Both the position numbers and the translations under genes were made by a program. Below are positions 1-8,735 of a stretch of DNA of 20,000 nucleotides, one piece after another (the stretch's first letter is position 1; each line of letters opens with the position of its first letter). Under the pieces are notes generated by a model that saw nothing but the letters and a program-made list of their open reading frames with translations, ran no database searches and was not told the origin of the DNA. Source of the DNA: Coniocarpon cinnabarinum. Its lineage: Eukaryota. Location of the stretch: the NCBI GenBank assembly GCA_051942205.1, contig JAVECO010000117.1, positions 53,813 through 73,812 on the forward strand, read 5' to 3'.

Positions 1-78
1 GATAAATCGTGACCTGAAAGTCAAGACCGGCCGTGGTGAGGATCATGAGAGTCCGGGCGAAGAAATTAGCGTATTTGC

Positions 79-191
79 CCCTAATCCTAGCGCATCAGTC
101 CATGAAGCTGGGGGCTGCACACGCTGGGAAAGCCCTAAAAGCCACGCTTGTTCATCCCACAATGTAGTCATATCAGAGTTTGAAACCCTAA
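79..191 (+). promoter_or_regulatory. Three CCCTAA (telomere-repeat/telobox-like, Tbf1-type) motifs upstream of the 439 gene
   Basis: CCCTAA at 79-84, 133-138 (AGCCCTAA) and 186-191 (AAACCCTAAC), all on the same strand and spaced 54 and 53 bp; function is inferred. Confidence 0.35.
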
Positions 192-438
192 CACGTCCCT
201 CACTCGATCGGTCACCGCGGTGAACCGGCATTGTTTGGATCAAAATAACGCTCAATCAAGACGTCAATCGTGTGGGCAAATCGCCGGGAGAGAACTCGGA
301 AGGATTGCGCACGAACAGGCGCTGGACATGGCATTCTCGCCCTCTCAATGTCGCATGACCGCCGTCTTCAGTCGTCATCAGCAAGTTTCAAATCCTAATC
401 TAATGCTCGAACTCGGATAGCATCCTCGGATCTTCGTC

Positions 439-2190
439 ATGTCAGCGACCAAGCGCAAAGATGGTCTTCAAAATAGCCAGACGAGGCCCCTCATGCCACG
501 TCTAGCAGCCTCTGCTCAGAGCCCGCGTCCACACCCTGCGCCAAAGTTGGCCAACTATACCTCAACTCCTCCGGTCAAGCGCGCAACGACTTCTCAGACA
601 ACACCGACCCTCACCTCTCCGCGACATCTAGGCGAGGAGAAAATAACACCAGTGAGCCATTTCGTCAATGCAAACGTTACTCCACGGTCTTCATCTCGAC
701 GATCGCGCGCTGGTAGCTTCCAATCATCACCAGTCAACGAGACCAGCGACACGCCTAGCAAGTGGCGTCCTCTGTCTACTCAGGGCCTTGGCAGTCGGCT
801 ACACGCAAACACAATAGATGGCTTGGAGGCTCACACATCTCAATATGGCCCGGGTAAGCCCTTGCAAAATAAGCTCCAGAGCGTTCCGATGGATGTTCAC
901 CGATCACAATCACCAGACTCGATAGACGCGGAAAGTCGCAGGCCTGAAGAAGCAGATCGGTTCTTCTACGCAAGTGAAGGCCCAGTCGTGGAGCGAATCG
1001 CGCCTAAAGTGCAACACAAGAAGAACGACAGCTTCGTCTACGCCGATGGTGCTACAGAAAACCCTGGCAAATCCCACCCAGCCGCAATTGCGCAAGGCGA
1101 CAAAAGTCTTGACACGTCGATCAGTACGACATCTTCCGCCCTTCGAAATGGCCAGTCAAAGGCTCATTCTGCCTCCAGTCTAAAGGCTACATATGCCGCG
1201 ACTCCTCCATCAGTACAATCACCACGACAGCCCTCACCTCCACGCCAAGCGTTTCACTTAACGTATCGAAAGGGCGCATCACAAATCATGCCGCCTCAGC
1301 CTGTATCACCTTCCTTACCGGAATATGACCCTACCCGACGACGTCAGCCAAGCATCGATGACGAGCAAGCCAAACGTCAGAGCCGCAATAAGAGTGTGTC
1401 GTCAATTGGCTCTACAGATCTCTTGTCACGTCAAGACTCAGGGTTTCCCTTCCTCTCCCTGTTCTCAATGCCAAGCTCGAGAAACTCGCCCATGCATTCA
1501 CCAACGGCCGATAGCACAATGAGGTCCTCCGGGGATCGTGACAATTTCCAGACAATGGCGCCTGATCTGGAGCGAACCCAAAGTCCACCCTCAGCTGTAG
1601 GATCCGCGGGCAGCGACCAGCAAAAGGCTGAGGCTGCGGCTTACGCGCGTCGAGAGCGAAAGATTATGGATTTAGAAATCAGTAATTCATCCCTGCTCGT
1701 GATCAACAAATCACTGGAAAAAGAGATTCGCAAGCAAAAGGCGGAGCTAAGAAGGTTCAGACGTCTATCAAGGAAGACGAGTCTTGAAGCCATCCGCCTT
1801 TCTTCAGGACAACATTCTGTGACCACAGAAAATGACGAAGAAGGCGAAGAAGAAGTCTCAGAGGATGCTGACAGCGACAGTGAGGATAGTCAGTCGGAAG
1901 ATGAGTCTCTTTTTGAAGAGCCAATGAGCCCTGGAGCAGTGACTCAAAAAGATGCACGACATCGGAATCGCGACCGTATCCGACTCAAAAAAGATCTTGC
2001 GAAACACAAGGAATTGCTGGCCGACAGTTCGCGGATGAATCAAAGCTTGAAGAAATGCATGGGCATAACTGAAGCTCTGATAAAAGAAGGTAGCAAAGCA
2101 CTTGAATATAAGGTGGACTATGAGGACGTGCGGCTTGGAGGACGCATACTGAGCCCAGATGATTTGCCGGAATTTGGAGACGAGATTTAA
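439..2190 (+). CDS. Uncharacterised fungal protein (583 aa): Ser/Pro/Thr-rich disordered N-terminus, C-terminal coiled coil with acidic tract
   Basis: Long single ORF with an ATG in a good context (gtcATGt). Blocks FFYASE, SFVYADG and ARRERKIMDLEISNSSLLVINKSLEKEIRKQKAELRRFRRLSR, followed by an acidic run and a second helical region, resemble from memory a conserved hypothetical Pezizomycotina family. Confidence 0.9.
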   Translation: MSATKRKDGLQNSQTRPLMPRLAASAQSPRPHPAPKLANYTSTPPVKRATTSQTTPTLTSPRHLGEEKITPVSHFVNANVTPRSSSRRSRAGSFQSSPVNETSDTPSKWRPLSTQGLGSRLHANTIDGLEAHTSQYGPGKPLQNKLQSVPMDVHRSQSPDSIDAESRRPEEADRFFYASEGPVVERIAPKVQHKKNDSFVYADGATENPGKSHPAAIAQGDKSLDTSISTTSSALRNGQSKAHSASSLKATYAATPPSVQSPRQPSPPRQAFHLTYRKGASQIMPPQPVSPSLPEYDPTRRRQPSIDDEQAKRQSRNKSVSSIGSTDLLSRQDSGFPFLSLFSMPSSRNSPMHSPTADSTMRSSGDRDNFQTMAPDLERTQSPPSAVGSAGSDQQKAEAAAYARRERKIMDLEISNSSLLVINKSLEKEIRKQKAELRRFRRLSRKTSLEAIRLSSGQHSVTTENDEEGEEEVSEDADSDSEDSQSEDESLFEEPMSPGAVTQKDARHRNRDRIRLKKDLAKHKELLADSSRMNQSLKKCMGITEALIKEGSKALEYKVDYEDVRLGGRILSPDDLPEFGDEI

Positions 2191-2817
2191 TGACTTCATT
2201 TTCATTGTGGATGGCGTTGTAGTCGCATAGGTAGGGCACGGCTGGTTTGTTTGCAAGAGATACCCCCTGTTTATGAGTTGGATACAAGATGAAATTGTGA
2301 ATAATGTCTCCCCTTGCTCAACGCAGTATCTGGTCTTCACCTCAAAGTTCCTCTGTCTTTTGACATTTTTTATAAGCAGCGCACACTCAATACATGTTCT
2401 CATCTGAAACACAATTTACTCCTGAAACGAGCGCCACTCGGCTAATAAAGGCACACAGAGTAGCAGGTGTGTCATGCTGTGTGACAAAACACCTCTTGAC
2501 TGGAAACACCTTGATCCTGCGAAATTGCTTCCCCTGTCAGTTTGGCTGCCTTGGTCATGTGCTCGCTCTTCTTCTTCCTGGACTCATGCACTTTTTCATG
2601 TCAACTGCATTCATTAGCTCAGTTTCCCACACGAGCTCAGAAATATCTCTGTATTGACAGAGACCTACCATCAAGACAGCTCTTTGATATATTAAGAATC
2701 TTTCTACGACTTCTACATCAAGCCAAAGCCTTCATCAAGGCAGAACAGACTCTCTGCAGCATACTTTGCAGCACATATCCTGTCACCGCCGCCACCACAA
2801 TAACTCAGTACGAGATC

Positions 2818-3342
2818 ATGCAGCAAGTTCGGAGCGCTATGGCGGCGCCAGGCAATCGAGTGGCGCAGAAGCAGTCCCACAACCTGCGTGCTCAAGTGCG
2901 TCAATTCATGGAACAACAGGATGAAGATCTCGAAAGACTTCAATCCGAGCACAAAGACTGTGCAGAAGCCCTACAGACACAAGCTCAGCTTCGTGTCTGC
3001 AGACTCCTCCAAAAGCAGCATGAAGAGCTGAGAAAACTTCAATTAAAGGACAAGGACCGCGCCGAACTGCTACAATTACAGGCGTATGAGTTGCAGCGCA
3101 CACGCATCTACGAGAACTACGAGCGTTGCGTTGCTGAATTTCCACGAGCCGAACTCCGACAGCGATTTCGTGCAGCATACGATCTCGCCATGACCAGTTT
3201 GCAGGCTCGCCATCGCAAAGCAATGGCTGCTCTCAACTCGCCGCGTTCGAATAATTCGCTTCGCCCACCTGTCAAACTTGGGAAGCGAAAATCAGAAGAG
3301 AGCGAGGATGAACCACTGCCAAAGAGACAAAGAGTGCGTTAG
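2818..3342 (+). CDS. Hypothetical small coiled-coil protein (~174 aa) with C-terminal bipartite NLS-like motif
   Basis: Part of ORF 2542..3342, whose listed start is non-ATG and whose upstream part is not protein-like. First in-frame ATG is 2818 (alternative 2839). Q/E/L/R-rich helical sequence ending in GKRKSEESEDEPLPKRQRVR. Confidence 0.7.
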   Translation: MQQVRSAMAAPGNRVAQKQSHNLRAQVRQFMEQQDEDLERLQSEHKDCAEALQTQAQLRVCRLLQKQHEELRKLQLKDKDRAELLQLQAYELQRTRIYENYERCVAEFPRAELRQRFRAAYDLAMTSLQARHRKAMAALNSPRSNNSLRPPVKLGKRKSEESEDEPLPKRQRVR

Positions 3343-3632
3343 GCTGGGTTCTGTGAATGTTTTGGCTCCCATTGTCGATCGACGCAAGCTCTTCGTCTTG
3401 TTTACACTAACCAGATGTATTTGTGGTGCAAATGCGTCCCGTACCTTCCACCTTGCAGCTCTGCGTTGTACCTCGATTATGGGCATGTGACTCGGGCCAC
3501 CTAATTCTCACCCTGTGTACACTGTGCACATACAAATAACTCCGCTGCAACTTCACATACTAACAACAAAGTGGAATCCTGCAACTCGACAACCCAGTCA
3601 AGAAAGCACAGCTTCCACTTGCCACCAACAAG

Positions 3633-6506
3633 ATGTCTGTTGCATACTACGCCGAGCAAAAGAAATCGCTGTACGAACTACTCTCCGTCGCCAGAACAGC
3701 CAGCTATGCCGTCATCAACGCTGCCATCACTAGGGCAGAGAGCAATCCATACTACCGGTATCGTGAGACACTTCCTGATTCAAAGCATATCTTGACGGAT
3801 GCTTTTCGACGTAGCTGCTACGATACTGAGTTGCGCATCTTGGAGATGGAAGGTGCAAAACAAGAATGGTCGGCGCACCTGTGGTCCAACAATACTTGCA
3901 TGGTCAGGTTCTGCTATGGAGACATAGCTCAGCCGATAGAGAACCCACTCAAGTGCAAATTGAAGGATGACGAGCTCATTCAACCTGCGGTCGACCAAGA
4001 CGAAGCTGCAAAGGATGCATCCTCCAGCCAGAACGCCAGCCAGGGCGCGGCCACGCAGTCACGGAGCTTTTATGAGGTCTATCATTTTGCATACTACAAC
4101 TTCAAGGATGCAGATGAGCTCGAACAGTTCAAGAAGTGGCGCGATCGGCGAGATAAACGCACTCCAATCACGCAGGTCACCCGGCAAGTGCAGTCAGACG
4201 ATTGGAATGCTTGGCAAAAGCACCTCGGAGCGTGGCTCAAAGCGAAAGCGAGGGCTGCAATAAAGAGAAACGCCGGCGAAAAGCGAAAGAGGGAGAATAC
4301 CACCGAAAATGAAGGCGAGGCTTCTGCTGTTCACAAAAAGTCTCGAATTGATGAGATTGCCAGCAAGGTCCGCGAGACATTTGCGGGCAAGGCAAGGTCC
4401 AGTACTCCGGCGCCTCCCTTGGAGGAATCTTTAAACGGACTAATAAACCTCATCCAGCCGGCTGTGAGCGTCCCAACTGGTATGCCTGAGTCTGACAGCC
4501 CCACTGGTGAAGATGAGGAGTCAGAGTATGAGCCTCCAGAGCCCAAGGCGGCAGTTTCATCGCTTAAGCGACCGAGATATGATGAGTCGAGCTCCTCGAC
4601 CGAGGCGGAAGAACCAGTGCGTAAGCGGACGAAGGGCGCCAGCTCAGTCAGCCCTCGCACATGCAGCAGGACCCTCTCTCGTTCCTCGGCGCCAGGCAAG
4701 GGCGCTTCAGACGCCGCAGACAAAGCGAAAGCGGAGCATGAGATAAGCAAAGTTTTCGCGGGTATGCCACAAGCAGTCAATGGTGTGGAGCAGAAGGAGG
4801 TCAGAGAGACCCGTGAAGCACCAAAGCAGCATGACGCAACCCCAAGCAGCAGCACAGACCGAAGCGGTGAGGAGAGCAAGACGTCTTCTGGGGAATCTGC
4901 TTCACCAGACCTCACACGAGCAACGGATAGCTCTCAGAGCTCAGCTTCTACCGCGCAAGAACCTCCACAGCAGTCACCGAAGCCTAAAGAGGTGATCAAG
5001 CTACTTCCGGGTCTTATGGAGCTGAAAAGGGAGCCTGATTCTGTACATGAAGAAGACGAGCGTTTGGCAGGAAGTGGAGAAACCACCGCACAAATGCAGG
5101 ATTCAACAAGTACTGAACACTCCATCGGTGCATCATGGGCCTTGAAAGATGAACCTCCAGTAGCTCCGGATGACACGGCAGTCGATAGCAAGCACAGCAG
5201 TGAAGGGCAAACCGGAAGAGTCGAGAATGCAGTAGAGCCATGTGATGCTGCACACGATCAGGCTGCTATGCAATCCGAGAATCCCTCCAAGCATGAGCCT
5301 GAGCGAACGCCTGATCCTTCGATTAAGCAAGAAGAGGATACCGAGCAGCCGAGCACTGAAGAAGAAGACAGCGCTTCAAGTGTTACAGGGGATGCAAAAG
5401 ATTCTCCTGGCATTGACGATGCATTGGACACCCACGATGCACCGCGTACAAAAGCTGGCACGCCCTCTCACACGCCCCTCAAGAATGAGCCAGAGCAGAC
5501 GCCCAATCCTTCCATCAAGGAAGAAGTGGACACCGAGCAGCCAAGTCCTGGAGAGGAGACCATCTGCGCTTCAAGTGTCACAGCGGATGCCAATGATTCT
5601 TCTGATACTGAAGATGCAGTGGACACACATGACGCAGCGCTCGGAGAGGCTAGCACACCTCCTCACACACCCGTCAAGAGCGAGCGAGACCAGACTCCCG
5701 GTCCTTCAATCAAGCGAGAAGTGCAAAGTGTTGCATCGAGCGCCACATTGGACGTGGGATCACCATCTGCTGGCGGGAGTCCTGTGACAACCCCAGTGGT
5801 GCCAAATAACACGACTCCCTCAACTCCTCACACGCCTATCAAGAGCGAGCAAGATCCGACTCCCAGTCCTCTCATCAAGCGGGAAGTGCAAAGTGACGCA
5901 TCGAGTGCCACATTGGACGCGGAATCACCATCTGCTGGCGGGAGTCCGGTGTCAACCCAAGTTGTGGCGGACGGGACGACGCCTTCAACCCCTCATACGC
6001 CTATCAAGGCCGAGTCTCCATTGACGCCAATCTCTCAGCTTGTCAAAGAAGAGCACAGCAAGTCCTCAAGCACTGTGCGATCATCCAGCAAGACGAGTGA
6101 CGTCTCAAGCGCCACGCAGCCTTCGAGCCCATACCCCACCAGCTCCTCTCGCACTGCCGGCAGGACTCCAGAGGGAACTACTTCATCCCCCGGCACCTCT
6201 CCGAGCAGTAATATCACGAGCAGAGACGCTGCAAGCACGAACACGGAGCCAAAAAAGCGTACTCGCAATCGCTTGCCGAGTGAATACGAGCCTCCTCGGA
6301 CTCGTGGCAAGCGCAAGAGGGAAGAGCAGTCTGAGAAACAAGACGGATCACGAACGGCTGACAGTGGCAAGAACGACAGTGCTAAGAAGGTGAAGCGGAC
6401 TGAAGCTGGTAGTAATGTTGAGCAGCCGGCGAGCGGTGGGCCGAGTAATGGACGTGTCAAGGCCCAACCAAAGGGCAGAAGCTCGAAGAAGAGTAAAAAG
6501 CATTGA
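3633..6506 (+). CDS. Hypothetical nuclear protein (957 aa): degenerate HPD-less J-like domain at the N-terminus, long repeat-containing disordered region
   Basis: 2.87-kb uninterrupted ORF with caagATGt context. SLYELLSVARTAS..I.AA and ILTD..RRSCYD match J-domain helix I/II and helix IV patterns. Several basic clusters (EKRKRE, LKRPRY, RKRTK, PKKRTRNR, GKRKRE) and internal repeats. Confidence 0.88.
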   Translation: MSVAYYAEQKKSLYELLSVARTASYAVINAAITRAESNPYYRYRETLPDSKHILTDAFRRSCYDTELRILEMEGAKQEWSAHLWSNNTCMVRFCYGDIAQPIENPLKCKLKDDELIQPAVDQDEAAKDASSSQNASQGAATQSRSFYEVYHFAYYNFKDADELEQFKKWRDRRDKRTPITQVTRQVQSDDWNAWQKHLGAWLKAKARAAIKRNAGEKRKRENTTENEGEASAVHKKSRIDEIASKVRETFAGKARSSTPAPPLEESLNGLINLIQPAVSVPTGMPESDSPTGEDEESEYEPPEPKAAVSSLKRPRYDESSSSTEAEEPVRKRTKGASSVSPRTCSRTLSRSSAPGKGASDAADKAKAEHEISKVFAGMPQAVNGVEQKEVRETREAPKQHDATPSSSTDRSGEESKTSSGESASPDLTRATDSSQSSASTAQEPPQQSPKPKEVIKLLPGLMELKREPDSVHEEDERLAGSGETTAQMQDSTSTEHSIGASWALKDEPPVAPDDTAVDSKHSSEGQTGRVENAVEPCDAAHDQAAMQSENPSKHEPERTPDPSIKQEEDTEQPSTEEEDSASSVTGDAKDSPGIDDALDTHDAPRTKAGTPSHTPLKNEPEQTPNPSIKEEVDTEQPSPGEETICASSVTADANDSSDTEDAVDTHDAALGEASTPPHTPVKSERDQTPGPSIKREVQSVASSATLDVGSPSAGGSPVTTPVVPNNTTPSTPHTPIKSEQDPTPSPLIKREVQSDASSATLDAESPSAGGSPVSTQVVADGTTPSTPHTPIKAESPLTPISQLVKEEHSKSSSTVRSSSKTSDVSSATQPSSPYPTSSSRTAGRTPEGTTSSPGTSPSSNITSRDAASTNTEPKKRTRNRLPSEYEPPRTRGKRKREEQSEKQDGSRTADSGKNDSAKKVKRTEAGSNVEQPASGGPSNGRVKAQPKGRSSKKSKKH
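5289..6020 (+). repeat. Intragenic imperfect tandem repeat, A-A'-B-B' plus a partial unit (192, 195, 165, 165 nt)
   Basis: Units start at in-frame AAG codons 5289, 5481, 5676, 5841 and 6006. A units: KxEPExTPxPSIKxExDTEQPS...DTHDA...HTP. B units: KSExDxTPxPxIKREVQSxASSATLDxxSPSAGGSPV...TTPSTPHTPI. Similarity is clear at both DNA and protein level. Confidence 0.92.
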
Positions 6507-6521
6507 TTTTGTACAGATACG

Positions 6522-6691
6522 GAGTGGGACACATAAGATTAAGTGTAAGATAGTCATCCCTGAAGTTGGATGACTGTTAGCCTGCACAAAAGTTTGGGTG
6601 AGCGATAGCCTGTACAAAAGACTCAACTAGCGATACGCACACATGAGGCTCAATTAGAGATAGGCATACATGAGACTCGATCAGGAATAGG
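6522..6691 (+). repeat. Degenerate 27-28 bp minisatellite immediately downstream of the 957-aa gene
   Basis: Units begin at 6522, 6549, 6576, 6604, 6632, 6659 and 6686 (partial), e.g. gttagcctgcacaaaagtttgggtgagc / gatagcctgtacaaaagactcaactagc / gatacgcacacatgaggctcaattaga / gataggcatacatgagactcgatcagg. Confidence 0.65.
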
Positions 6692-7343
6692 TCGAATAGA
6701 TTTAATACACGAGCAATGGTATCTTTGAAACTTGAGCCCGTCGGTCTTTTCCTCCTTTCGCTGTATTTGCAAGAACAAGAGACTCAGCTATCCACTGTCA
6801 CTAGTCATCGTCAAGGCATTAAAACAACGGTAGCATTGCAATCCTTATCGAGGAGTTGCGTCAGCTTCGCACAAGGAGTAGCAAGTGATTTCGAGCGACG
6901 AGGTTGGCGTTTGATCGTCGGAAAGCGCAATTCTAAGATTTTGCCACCCATGATGCACAGGTGAGCCCTTGCTCGTGTCACAGTTATGTATGAACTTATG
7001 ACATTTCATCAATTCGTCCATGAAGTCGTAAGGTGAAACGTAGCTGTCGCCGCGTGAATGCCCAGTCTCTGCGCTCAGCATCAGACCGATTAGTGTCAAT
7101 AATTCCGCCACATCTTCTACGTGTCCTTCATACAACAGCACAAGACTAACTCTAGCCAACCATGAATCACAAGTAGATGTAAAGCCGTGCACAATGATAA
7201 CCCCCATTGCAAAGCGCCTATGCCTTGCTATCAACACTGTGCATACCATTGCCTCGCCACGATGCAATTCTTCCCGTTTCCTTTGTTTGCTCTCAAGAAC
7301 CCTGAACCATCCTCAACCCATAAGACGCAAAGTACCGTGCAAG

Positions 7344-8039
7344 ATGTCTTCAGCCTCACAAAGCCTACAAGCCTACACTCAACACCGACCGACGCCCGAC
7401 TCCTCCCACCGAACCCGCCTCCAATTCCGACTCTTTCTCCAGCGTCGCTCCGCCACTCTCCTAAACTCATCCGAGTCCCAACGAAACCACATCCAAACCC
7501 TCCGCGAGAATTTCACAAATCTGCGACAGCAATCACTCGCCATAGTCGAAGACCACGATCGCGCCGTCTCACAGCTCGTCTCCGATCAAACAGCCCGCGA
7601 AGAAGCATTGGCGCAGCATTTCAATGCGGAAATCCGGGAATGCGGACGCTTGGAAGAGAAGCAACTATCAGAGCAGATTCGGAGAGATGTCGAGGATATG
7701 GAACAGACGTTTCGAACTCGAAAGAAAGCTTTGGCGACAATGTTTGGAGCGAGGCTTTGGGAGGTGAGGAGGGAGAGGAAGGTTGTGAGGGGGTGGTTGA
7801 GGTCTGCGCTGGGAGTCGAGCAATTGGAGAGAGATGAGAAGGGTGTTGGGAAAGGGCTTGGGATCGGGAATATAGACGTTGATGGTGTGGTGGAGGTGTT
7901 TGGGAATGCGGTCGCTTTTGAATATCCGAGGAGTGAGTCGACGGCTACCGAGGATAGTTCGCCTATTAAGAGGGCGAAGCGACGATTGAGGACGTTGGAG
8001 GAGGAGCTGGAGGAGTCTGGGTTGGAAGAGAATGCGTGA
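7344..8039 (+). CDS. Hypothetical coiled-coil protein (~231 aa) with C-terminal basic NLS-like motif
   Basis: Within ORF 7194..8039. The ATG at 7344 has the same caagATGtct context as the 3633 gene and follows a CT-rich tract. Helical E/R/Q/L-rich sequence with SPIKRAKRRLR near the C-terminus. An upstream ATG at 7194 is possible. Confidence 0.75.
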   Translation: MSSASQSLQAYTQHRPTPDSSHRTRLQFRLFLQRRSATLLNSSESQRNHIQTLRENFTNLRQQSLAIVEDHDRAVSQLVSDQTAREEALAQHFNAEIRECGRLEEKQLSEQIRRDVEDMEQTFRTRKKALATMFGARLWEVRRERKVVRGWLRSALGVEQLERDEKGVGKGLGIGNIDVDGVVEVFGNAVAFEYPRSESTATEDSSPIKRAKRRLRTLEEELEESGLEENA

Positions 8040-8735
8040 CAGCCCTGGAGGTTGTTGAAAGAAGTTTGGATCAAGCCTCTCGCCATGCGATTGAGTCGAC
8101 AGCGGTTTTAGCAGGGTCAGTCCCCTTCTTGGTGAGCTTCCTCTGCCTAGTGCCTAGCTGCCGTGCGTAACACTCACATCATTGATGGCATCACGTCACT
8201 GTGCGGTCATCATACAACTAGGAAAGTTCGGATGAATAGTGTAGACACACTGTGAGAGCGCAGTCAGTTCGTGGCCATATGAGAGCCACTTTGTCCTTTT
8301 CATCTTATACAGTTCGCTACTCATTCCTCGCGGAGGACATCACTACCAATGTGTCTACCGCTACCATTCCTGGGTGTATTTTCGCGAAAGGCGCTCAGAC
8401 AGCGCCCCAACACCATGGTGACCAGATCTACCAGCATCATGAACTGCTCTCCACCGCGAGCAGACGAACGCTCGGAAGAACGACAGAAGACTAATAGAAA
8501 AATGGGGCTTACCAATTCTGCGCGCTTCTTGCGCTGCCAGAAGAATGTACAGAGTTCACTGGCATTTCGATTCATGGCCGTCGGCGAAACAAGCTTTGAC
8601 AGTCAGAAAGTTGGCGGAAAGACTCAGGTGCAAGAAGTGATGAACTCGACAGCGAAAGAAGCATGCCATGTCAGTCCCCACCCGACTCTGTTGAGCACTT
8701 TCAACGCAATTGGAATCTTCGCTACACCGTCGAAA

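Noticed and set aside
79..191. True telomere or interstitial telomeric tract
   Set aside because: The CCCTAA copies are isolated hexamers, not tandem repeats.
2542..2817. N-terminal extension of the 266-aa ORF
   Set aside because: Starts at a non-ATG codon and the Cys/Phe-rich sequence looks like open promoter/UTR; the first in-frame ATG is 2818.
4331..6532. Long antisense ORFs (4331-4915, 6035-6532) and the alternative-frame ORF 5242-5787
   Set aside because: Shadows of the low-complexity 957-aa CDS with no independent protein motifs.
6522..6691. CRISPR-like array
   Set aside because: Eukaryotic context, contiguous degenerate units without unique spacers, and no cas genes.
6845..7837. ORFs 6845-7267 (-) and 7187-7837 (+)
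   Set aside because: No family motifs; the Pro-rich then Gly-rich composition of 7187-7837 simply mirrors the C/G skew of the overlapping real CDS.
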